Shown: positions 46,974 through 54,142 of the stretch, in pieces
Position numbering within the stretch: the stretch's first letter is position 1
Layout of the letters: every line of letters begins with the position of its first letter
IMG/VR virus record: IMGVR_UViG_3300034161_000018
Location: 210,897 to 274,896 of that record
Direction: 5' to 3' (one strand)
Source: a virus
Lineage: Duplodnaviria > Caudoviricetes
DNA: 64,000 nt
The notes under the pieces: generated by a model
What the model was told of the DNA's origin: nothing
What the model saw: only the letters and a program-made list of their open reading frames with translations
Databases searched by the model: none
Made by a program: the position numbers and the translations under genes

Positions 46974-48710
46974 ATGTCTCACAAAATCAATGGTTCGCTG
47001 TTGGTTCTCGGTCAACTTCTGAATCTGAAACCAGAAGCATTGGCTGCTGACCCGCTGATCGGTACGCTTGGCAATGAGCCACGCGTTTGGGCAAACACCA
47101 CCGACGGCATGCTGAAATTCTTCAACGGTACTGAAATCACCGACCTCGGCGCCAGCGATGGTATCACCGATACCGAACTGACTACCGCACTGGTTCCGTA
47201 TGCAAAAACCGCAGACGTAAACTCTGCAATCAGCACTGCTGTTGCTGGTCTGGCTTCTGACGCCGACGTTACTGCCGCCGTTGCGAATCTGGTTTCGACT
47301 ACCGCGCTGAATAACGCAATCGACAACGCGCTCGCCGGTTTGGATTTCCAATCCGATGTTCTCGGTTTCGATACCGATTTCGCTGGCGTTGCCGGTCGCT
47401 ACATTTTCCTGACTGGTGCAGGTTGGACGAACACCGCCGCTGCTGGCGTTGGTGACATTGTTGAAGTTTCGTCTGCCGGTCTGATGACTGCTGTTGCGTA
47501 TGACGTTTCCGCTGCTGGCCCCGGTGCGCTGGTTTGGGATCGTGCAACTTCCGAATGGCTGCGTTGGGATGGTTCCAACTGGGCAAGCTTCGGCGGTCTG
47601 ACTGGCGTTTCTGCCGGTAACGGTATTTCCAAAAACGGCGACGAAATCTCCATCAAACTCGACGGTGCTACTCTGACCGTTGGTGCGAATGGTTTGAAAG
47701 TTGGCGATCTTTCCGCAGTCTACGCCACTCTGGCTTCGATTTCGGATTTCGTAACTGCCGCACAAGTTGACGCGCAAATCGCAACCGCAACTTCCGGTCT
47801 GGTTACTGGCGCCGGTTTGACCTCTGCGCTGAATACCGCGCTGACTCCATATGCAAAAACTGCTGACGTTACCGCTGACATTGCTTCGGCAATCGCTCCG
47901 CTGGCAACTTCGGCTTCCGTAACTTCGGAAATCAGCACTGCCGTAACCGGTCTGGTTACTGACGGCGAATTGCAAACCGCAATTGATCTTGCGCTTGCAG
48001 GTTTGGATTTCCAATCCGACGTGCTCGGTCTGGAAACTGATTTCGCCGGTGTCGCTGGCCGTTACATCATGGTCGATGGTTTGCACGGCATTCAGGCTGT
48101 GTCTTCCAACACCAACGACATTGTTGAAGTTGGCGCTGACGGTATTGAAATTTCGGTTGCCTACGATGTTTCCGAAAAAGGGCCGGGTGCTCTCGTTTGG
48201 AACCGCGCCGCTGGTGTTTGGTTGCGCTGGAACGGCACCAACTGGGCCGAGTTTGGCGGTCTGGCCGGAATCATTGCCGGTAACGGTATCGCTTCGGATG
48301 AAGGCGTTGTTTCCGTAAAACTGGATGGCGCTTCGCTTTCGGTTGGCGTCAACGGTTTGAAAGTTGGTGATCTGTCTGCCTCCTACGTGACTCCGACTGC
48401 GCTGGCCGCAGAAGGTTTCCTGAAAGCTGCTGACGTTACGCCAATCGCCGACGTTGTGAACGCGCTGCAAATTCAAATCGGTTCTTCGTTCTTCCCGTTC
48501 GATTCCGGTGCGACTGTTGCAACTACTCACACCGTAACGCACAACCTGAAATACCAGTGGCCGACCGTCACTGTGATCGACCGCGCTACCAACGAAGCAA
48601 TCACTCCAGACAAAATCGAATTCACTTCTGAAAACGAACTGGTTGTGACTCTCGGCGTTGCCGCTGCGATTCGCGTTTCGGTTGCAGGTCTGTTTACTCC
48701 AGCCGGTTAA
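46974..48710 (+). CDS. Ala/Thr-rich fibre (head or whisker) protein with a 221 aa tandem duplication
   Basis: ALAGLDFQSDVLG...W.SFGGL.G+.AGNGI...KLDGA.L.VG.NGLKVGDLSA occurs twice. THTVTHNL C-terminal module. Strong AAGGAG RBS. Confidence 0.85.
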   Translation: MSHKINGSLLVLGQLLNLKPEALAADPLIGTLGNEPRVWANTTDGMLKFFNGTEITDLGASDGITDTELTTALVPYAKTADVNSAISTAVAGLASDADVTAAVANLVSTTALNNAIDNALAGLDFQSDVLGFDTDFAGVAGRYIFLTGAGWTNTAAAGVGDIVEVSSAGLMTAVAYDVSAAGPGALVWDRATSEWLRWDGSNWASFGGLTGVSAGNGISKNGDEISIKLDGATLTVGANGLKVGDLSAVYATLASISDFVTAAQVDAQIATATSGLVTGAGLTSALNTALTPYAKTADVTADIASAIAPLATSASVTSEISTAVTGLVTDGELQTAIDLALAGLDFQSDVLGLETDFAGVAGRYIMVDGLHGIQAVSSNTNDIVEVGADGIEISVAYDVSEKGPGALVWNRAAGVWLRWNGTNWAEFGGLAGIIAGNGIASDEGVVSVKLDGASLSVGVNGLKVGDLSASYVTPTALAAEGFLKAADVTPIADVVNALQIQIGSSFFPFDSGATVATTHTVTHNLKYQWPTVTVIDRATNEAITPDKIEFTSENELVVTLGVAAAIRVSVAGLFTPAG

Positions 48711-48730
48711 TGGTTTTGGCGTACACAGTG

Positions 48731-48738
48731 TAATTTAA
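48731..48738 (+). promoter_or_regulatory. TAATTTAA candidate late promoter abutting a terminator
   Basis: Intergenic, upstream of the lysis and enzyme genes. Confidence 0.35.
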
Positions 48739-48771
48739 AAGGGTAGGGGATTAATTCTCCTGCCCTTTTTT
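48737..48771 (+). terminator. Intrinsic terminator after the fibre gene
   Basis: AAAAGGGTAGGGGA-ttaat-TCTCCTGCCCTTTTTT. Confidence 0.75.
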
Positions 48772-48798
48772 GTTTTCTGGCGGGGAGTATCGAAAGCC

Positions 48799-48936
48799 AT
48801 GAAAGTTGTTGTAAAACAGAAAACCGAAAGCGGTGCAAAAACCGTTGTTGATCCACACATGAAACGCATCATGAAACGTTTGGGCCGTGACCGCTTTAAA
48901 GCGCGGCAAGTCGATGTTCCGGACGCAAATATGTAG
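48799..48936 (+). CDS. 45 aa basic protein (not in ORF track)
   Basis: Read by hand: MKVVVKQKTESGAKTVVDPHMKRIMKRLGRDRFKARQVDVPDANM. GGGGAG RBS upstream. Confidence 0.6.
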   Translation: MKVVVKQKTESGAKTVVDPHMKRIMKRLGRDRFKARQVDVPDANM

Positions 48937-48945
48937 GAGCGCAAT

Positions 48946-49233
48946 ATGGAAACACTCAAGAATTTCAAAAACTACATCATGGCCGGGCTGACAGCCTTAC
49001 TCATTTTGGCTGGTGCAGTTTTCTGGCGTAATCGCGGGCAAGCAACTCCCGCCGCCGTAAAAGCAATTGCGGAAGACAAATCGAAAGAGATTGTCGAGAC
49101 TGCAAAAGACATTCAATCAACCAACACCAGTATTGCAGATTTGCAAGCGGCAGCGGTCGCATCGGCTCAACCTGTAAAACCCGCAGAGAGTCGTAAACTG
49201 GAAGATGCTTTAAAGGAGTGGAACAAATCGTGA
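48946..49233 (+). CDS. Membrane-anchored coiled-coil protein, i-spanin-like
   Basis: N-terminal TM segment IMAGLTALLILAGAVFW, then a helical periplasmic part. Lies in the lysis neighbourhood. Confidence 0.55.
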   Translation: METLKNFKNYIMAGLTALLILAGAVFWRNRGQATPAAVKAIAEDKSKEIVETAKDIQSTNTSIADLQAAAVASAQPVKPAESRKLEDALKEWNKS

Positions 49234-49622
49234 GTGACTTTAACTCGGAACTGGCAACCATCGCGCGCCGCCAGAATCACGAAATGAGTGTGTGGCATAT
49301 CGTCGGCGTCGGCAATATCAATACGCTTTTCAAAATGCGCCCGGACATTTCGGCGTCGAACGCTACCCCAGCCGAACGCATTTGGCTCGGTAAGCTGACA
49401 CTGAAAGCCGAACACATTCGCCAATCCATCGAACAGTACAAAAAAGAAATCGGCGAATTCTGCAACGCATACAAGAACGATCCTGAAAATGATCCGAATA
49501 CGGACACCAGCCGTTCAAACGTTTTCATCCGGAAACTGGATGACATTCTCAATCGCCTCCGCCTGTTTAACGCAATGGGCAACATTGTTGTCGCGCAGGA
49601 AAAGGAGCGCAAAGCCGGGTAA
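49230..49622 (+). CDS. Hypothetical protein
   Basis: GTG start overlapping the upstream TGA (GTGA). Confidence 0.65.
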   Translation: MSDFNSELATIARRQNHEMSVWHIVGVGNINTLFKMRPDISASNATPAERIWLGKLTLKAEHIRQSIEQYKKEIGEFCNAYKNDPENDPNTDTSRSNVFIRKLDDILNRLRLFNAMGNIVVAQEKERKAG

Positions 49623-49628
49623 CACAAC

Positions 49629-50060
49629 ATGCTGGACATTCTCGAAAAAGCTTTACTGCAAATGTTTGACGTTCCGCCAGACGTGGCCCTGTCGTACTTC
49701 TTCTGTATGTTGATGGGCGTCATGGTCAACTGGCTGTGGAAATGCAGACGCGAAAAGATTGATCCAATCAAGTATTGGACAACCAACAAAATGGCAACTT
49801 TCTATTCCTTGGCCGGTGCGGTCGGTGCGTTCATCGCCACGATCATCATCGAACCGGGTTTGGGAAAGCAAACTTACTTCGCAATGGGTATTGCGTGTGA
49901 TGCCATGTTGAATAAGCCGCCTTTGCCCGCTCCGGTACAGGCCGCTTTAATGCGTGCGTCTGAGCAATTCACAAATCAAAAGAACTTTGAAGATTTGACA
50001 GACCCTAATCTGGTGGCTCAAGAAGATTCCCCGAAAGAGCCGTCACCGCCGAGTGCCTGA
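49629..50060 (+). CDS. Holin-like membrane protein
   Basis: Two to three hydrophobic helices with a charged loop (WKCRREK) and an acidic C-tail. Lies upstream of the lipoprotein and peptidase. Confidence 0.55.
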   Translation: MLDILEKALLQMFDVPPDVALSYFFCMLMGVMVNWLWKCRREKIDPIKYWTTNKMATFYSLAGAVGAFIATIIIEPGLGKQTYFAMGIACDAMLNKPPLPAPVQAALMRASEQFTNQKNFEDLTDPNLVAQEDSPKEPSPPSA

Positions 50061-50062
50061 AA

Positions 50063-50512
50063 ATGCGCAAATTGGTTTTGTTGGTAGTGGTAATGTCGCT
50101 GGCCGCGTGTGCAACTCCACGCGAACCGGAAATATTGCACACGGAATTCCAAGACTTGAAACCAATCTCGCTCGATGCAAAGTTGCCAGATCGTCCAACG
50201 GGCGTTCTGGTGACTGCCACCGACGGGAAAGAATATGTTGGTTTCGATTTGAATAATGCCAATGCTCTCAACACCTACGGGAAACAGGCGGAAGCCAATA
50301 CGGCGGCGTTGAAAACTTTGGTGGAAGCGCAAAACCAAACTGTACAGCAACGCAATTTGCTGACCACGCTGGTGCGCCAACAAGAAGACCGTGGCAATAT
50401 GTACAGTCGCCTGTATACGGAATCGCAAAACCAATTGGAAAGCGAACGCCGGTACAACGCAATCGAAAAAGCATTAATGCAAGCGCTGATCGTAATCGGC
50501 CTTGCTTTGTGA
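50063..50512 (+). CDS. Lipoprotein with coiled coil, o-spanin-like
   Basis: MRKLVLLVVVMSLAA-C lipobox, Pro-rich linker, long helix and hydrophobic C-terminus. Confidence 0.65.
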   Translation: MRKLVLLVVVMSLAACATPREPEILHTEFQDLKPISLDAKLPDRPTGVLVTATDGKEYVGFDLNNANALNTYGKQAEANTAALKTLVEAQNQTVQQRNLLTTLVRQQEDRGNMYSRLYTESQNQLESERRYNAIEKALMQALIVIGLAL

Positions 50513-50519
50513 GGCCACA

Positions 50520-51002
50520 ATGAACAAGCGTATTAGCCAGAATTATGATTTGCGTGACGTGTCCTATTCCTACGCAGCGCAACGCCTCGGCATCGACAAC
50601 ACCCCGTCTGCCGCAGTAGTGAAAAACGCGAGCGCACTTGCACAGAAAGTTTTGGAACCGTTGCGCGAACAGTTTGAATTCATTTACGTTCACAGTTGGT
50701 ATCGCTCGCCAGCGTTGGAACGTGACTTGTGCAAACAAGCATTCTACAAATGGTGCGTGGACAATCGCCGTCACTTCGCCGACGCCAATAGCTGGCGCGA
50801 TTATCTCGAAACCAAACAACACCCGTTGGGCCAAGCCGTGGACATTCGTGCGAAGAACGGTTCGATCCGTGACCTGTACGAATACATCCGCGCCAACCTT
50901 CCGTTCGATGTTTTGAAAACTGAATTCCACACCGTCATTGAAGAAAGCGGCTGGGTTCACGTTTCGTATGTCGAAGGTGCAAACCGAGGACAATTTGAAT
51001 GA
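50520..51002 (+). CDS. Peptidase M15 (Zn LAS family), probable endolysin
   Basis: SWYRSPAL, QHPLGQAVDI (His, Asp) and WVHVSY (His) Zn ligands. Confidence 0.88.
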   Translation: MNKRISQNYDLRDVSYSYAAQRLGIDNTPSAAVVKNASALAQKVLEPLREQFEFIYVHSWYRSPALERDLCKQAFYKWCVDNRRHFADANSWRDYLETKQHPLGQAVDIRAKNGSIRDLYEYIRANLPFDVLKTEFHTVIEESGWVHVSYVEGANRGQFE

Positions 51003-51544
51003 GCAAAGTAATGCTTTCTCTTTCGTCTGGCCTACCGTCGCATTTTCAAATCGGTGACGAAGCGCTATTTTGTGCGAGCGGCGTAAATGGCATCGGTATG
51101 TATTTGTACATTCCGGCTTCGATTCTGCCGGGTTGCCCGAAGTGCCGAGTGGTTTCTGTAAAGTTTACTCGGAGCAAAGTGATTTACGCGGTCGAACTTT
51201 TCGTCGAGTACGCGGATGGCACTGGCGAGTATTACGAAAGTTTCCCGTTGGAAAATATCGACTCCACTTTCCTGCAACCGCTGGATCAAGTGCGGGCGTA
51301 TGCAGCATTCGTCGAACACACAAAGAAAGATTACATGCGCGACACTAAAGGCATGGAAAACGGCGTGATTGATCCTGCTGTTTTCCCACCGGGCGCACAA
51401 GCTACTGGCATGCGGGCAATCTTTGGTGACGTGTTCAAAGATTTGCCGAAACCTGATCCGAATTTCAAAGGCCCGCAGTATGGGTTCTTTGGTGAAGCTT
51501 TCAAAAACATGCTCGACGAAGCGCGCAGTAAGGCTGGCCGATGA
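50999..51544 (+). CDS. Hypothetical protein with SKVMLSLS leader
   Basis: MSKVMLSLSSGLPSHFQIGD start. Beta-barrel-like N-terminal half. Confidence 0.7.
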   Translation: MSKVMLSLSSGLPSHFQIGDEALFCASGVNGIGMYLYIPASILPGCPKCRVVSVKFTRSKVIYAVELFVEYADGTGEYYESFPLENIDSTFLQPLDQVRAYAAFVEHTKKDYMRDTKGMENGVIDPAVFPPGAQATGMRAIFGDVFKDLPKPDPNFKGPQYGFFGEAFKNMLDEARSKAGR

Positions 51545-52047
51545 AAGTTTTTCTATCCTTGGCAACGACAAAGCAACAGGAAACCGAAGCGTTCAAACGT
51601 TGGTTTGGTAACTCGAAATGTGTGGATGCTCAGGGAAAACCACTGCGCGTTTACCACGGCACCACAAAGCCGACGTTTGAATTGTTTATGCGTGGCCTGA
51701 ATAAAGCGCATGGCGAAACCGGGATTTTCTTTACGAGTGATCCGGAAACAGCCGGACGCTACGCCGGGTACGATGAAAACTTCCCGGCGCCTGAAATCGG
51801 CCACGTCATGCCGTGTTACTTGAAAATCAATAAACTGCACACTCACGATTTCCACGGCGGCAAAGAAGGCCGCGACAAAGTGATTATCGAAGCACTCCAC
51901 AAAGGTTGTGATGGCGTTCTTCTGTTGAACCATTACGACGTTGGCGGTACGCATCCGCAGTGGATTGTTTTCGGTGCAGAACAAATCAAATCAGCAATGG
52001 GCAACAGTGGGAAATTTGATCCACTCGATTTGCGTATGGGACATTAA
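51541..52047 (+). CDS. ADP-ribosyltransferase-like protein (ART-PolyVal-like) with KVFLSLA leader
   Basis: FKRWFGNSKCVDAQGKPLRVYHGT...GIFFTSDPETAGRYA...CYLKI...GCDGV...WIVF...QIKSA.GNSGKFD. Confidence 0.78.
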   Translation: MKVFLSLATTKQQETEAFKRWFGNSKCVDAQGKPLRVYHGTTKPTFELFMRGLNKAHGETGIFFTSDPETAGRYAGYDENFPAPEIGHVMPCYLKINKLHTHDFHGGKEGRDKVIIEALHKGCDGVLLLNHYDVGGTHPQWIVFGAEQIKSAMGNSGKFDPLDLRMGH

Positions 52048-52437
52048 ATGAAAGTCATGCTCAGCCTCGCCACAACATTTACCGAAGAACAGCGCACGGG
52101 TTTCGGCACCTGCCTGCATTCTCCGAACGGGCACATTTGCGTAAACACTGGCGGACAATATTCGCCGTGCAAACATTCGGTCACAGAATTTCAAGTTGAC
52201 GAAAAGGTACGCGGTCAAGGCTTCGGCCATGAACTGGTGCAGGAAGTAATCAAGCGTTACCATTCCGACATTGGTGCGCAGGTTTCCAGCGTTGCCAGTC
52301 TGGCCGTATTTTACAAGAATGGTTTCCGCTACGCGATGGATCAAAAAGCCAGTCTGCAAGATTGCCTGAAAGAATTCAAAGACAGTGGCGGTTCGCTGTA
52401 CATGGTTTTCAAACCGGCGAAGTCTTTCGAGGACTGA
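52048..52437 (+). CDS. GNAT-family acetyltransferase with KVMLSLA leader
   Basis: FQVDEKVRGQGFGHELV (acetyl-CoA motif A) and AVFYKNGF (motif B). Confidence 0.85.
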   Translation: MKVMLSLATTFTEEQRTGFGTCLHSPNGHICVNTGGQYSPCKHSVTEFQVDEKVRGQGFGHELVQEVIKRYHSDIGAQVSSVASLAVFYKNGFRYAMDQKASLQDCLKEFKDSGGSLYMVFKPAKSFED

Positions 52438-52439
52438 TT

Positions 52440-53012
52440 ATGAAAGTCATGCTCTCGTTAGCTGGCGAAGAAATCTACGACGTTTCCAAAGACGAAGAAC
52501 AGAAACTCGTTTCCCCGGAAGTTGCAGCGTTTATCAAAAAGACAGTCGGCGGAATCCTCCTGCTGTTTCCGGAAGCCAAGAAATATTTCAAAGGCGTGCG
52601 CTACACGAAACGCCTGACCAGCTCACTCAATCCGTTTGATCGTGTTTTGACAATCAGCACAATGAGCACGGGCGGCACTGTTGCAGAAGCGCACCTCAGT
52701 CAAAGCAAAGGTAACAAAGACGGTTTTGTTGTCCACAACGGAACGCACGAAGCTTTCACCGCTTTAATCGTTCACGAAATGGCGCACTTCATCGACCTGT
52801 CCGTAAAGCTCAAATTCAAAAACAATGATGACGTGCTGATCGAATACATGCAGGCGAAACGCGAGTTACGAAAACAAATCGGCAACCCGAGCGAATACGC
52901 CGCGACTCACGAAGGCGAGTGGTTTGCAGAACAGTTCACCGTCGAATATATGGGGCAAGGCAAGCGTCCGCTGTTTGCGTTGTTGCATAAATTCCGTGAC
53001 ATGGAAGCTTAA
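52440..53012 (+). CDS. Zincin metallopeptidase with KVMLSLA leader
   Basis: LIVHEMAHFID (HExxH) plus SEYAATHEGEWFAEQF supplying the third ligand. ATG at 52440. Confidence 0.82.
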   Translation: MKVMLSLAGEEIYDVSKDEEQKLVSPEVAAFIKKTVGGILLLFPEAKKYFKGVRYTKRLTSSLNPFDRVLTISTMSTGGTVAEAHLSQSKGNKDGFVVHNGTHEAFTALIVHEMAHFIDLSVKLKFKNNDDVLIEYMQAKRELRKQIGNPSEYAATHEGEWFAEQFTVEYMGQGKRPLFALLHKFRDMEA

Positions 53013-53013
53013 A

Positions 53014-54132
53014 ATGAAAGTCATGCTCGCCCTCGCAGGTTCGTCGATCCTGTATCACATCATTGATTTGCGCCACGCGGTCGCCGCAATGCGCAATGAC
53101 AAGTTTGTTTTAGCACCAGTTATCAGCAACGAAGTCGAAGCCAAGCACAGCCTTGGAAACTATTTCTTGTCACTGGCGCGCAGCAAAGACAACGATTACT
53201 TCCGCAAGAATACGTTCTCCGGCAACAAAGTGGTTTTCGTTCTGGACGGCCAGAAAATGAACGCAAACTACAAAATCAAACCGGTGAACTACTGGTCTAC
53301 GGGCAACAGTGCCGATGACGAAACGGAAGACCGGTTGTTCTCCAACTCCCGCACGATTCCATGTTTGCGTTACATCAAAGAGATTCATTTCGCTCAAGAT
53401 GGTGACGGCAAACAGAATCAAAGCCGCATGCTGGCGATCATCGCGAAGAAAAACAAAATCGCGCTGTTCCAATACGCCAACGGCACCGACCTGATTACAC
53501 TCAATCCGAAAAAACGTATCGCTCTGCAAGTGAGCGCCCCGGCGGTTGAGAAGTTTGGTAAAGGCACCTACAACTACGGAAAGAAATTCACCACTCGCGC
53601 CGAAGCGTGGTGGGATGCGATTGCGTTTCCAGACGATGACAAACTGGAACCCCACAAGGTTTTCGTCGAAGGTGCGAAAGACAAAGATCGTAAAAACTTC
53701 CGCCAACGCGTTTACGATGCGCTGCGCCGGGGAGTCAGCTATGGGCCAGAAGCTCCATTGGCTGAATTCAAATCGGACACCAGCGAGCGCTATGCCGATT
53801 CGGACGAATACGTCGAAAAGATTTCCAAATATCTCAGCAACAGACGTATGCTGCAAACGCAGTTGATGCAATACCTGATCGACAAGTTTTCCGCACACGA
53901 AAAGGCCAAGAAACAAAAGCGTATCGACGACGCGAAGGTCAAGTACCCGAAGGCACCGACGTTCTATATCTACAAAACCGAAACGGGTTATCGACTTGAA
54001 GTGGAAAACTACCCTGAGTTAAATCAGGAAGCGCCCGACGTGGACACCCTCACCGACGTGGCGTACAAATTCCACCGGGATAGCGCAAACATTTACGACA
54101 ACTACAATGCCCGTATTGAGCGCATGTTCTAA
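53014..54132 (+). CDS. Putative second ADP-ribosyltransferase-fold protein with KVMLALA leader
   Basis: LYH...YFLSLARS...VFVLDG...KPVNYW...DETEDR gives H, S and ExE motif order. ATG at 53014. Confidence 0.6.
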   Translation: MKVMLALAGSSILYHIIDLRHAVAAMRNDKFVLAPVISNEVEAKHSLGNYFLSLARSKDNDYFRKNTFSGNKVVFVLDGQKMNANYKIKPVNYWSTGNSADDETEDRLFSNSRTIPCLRYIKEIHFAQDGDGKQNQSRMLAIIAKKNKIALFQYANGTDLITLNPKKRIALQVSAPAVEKFGKGTYNYGKKFTTRAEAWWDAIAFPDDDKLEPHKVFVEGAKDKDRKNFRQRVYDALRRGVSYGPEAPLAEFKSDTSERYADSDEYVEKISKYLSNRRMLQTQLMQYLIDKFSAHEKAKKQKRIDDAKVKYPKAPTFYIYKTETGYRLEVENYPELNQEAPDVDTLTDVAYKFHRDSANIYDNYNARIERMF

Positions 54133-54142
54133 GGAAAAGAAA

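Noticed and set aside
8109-48542. Long antisense ORFs (8109-9575, 12636-13943, 15196-16644, 23116-25260, 26086-27396, 32240-33631, 42965-44701, 46815-48542 and similar)
   Set aside because: They are shadows of the plus-strand genes caused by codon bias. They have no motifs or RBS and fully overlap well-supported CDSs.
48799-49233. TAG readthrough or recoding fusing the 45 aa ORF in frame to 48946
   Set aside because: The frame is shared, but the TAG overlaps the AGGAG RBS of the next gene. TAG also ends 57166-57444 right before a terminator, and long genes are not interrupted by TAG, so the standard code fits.
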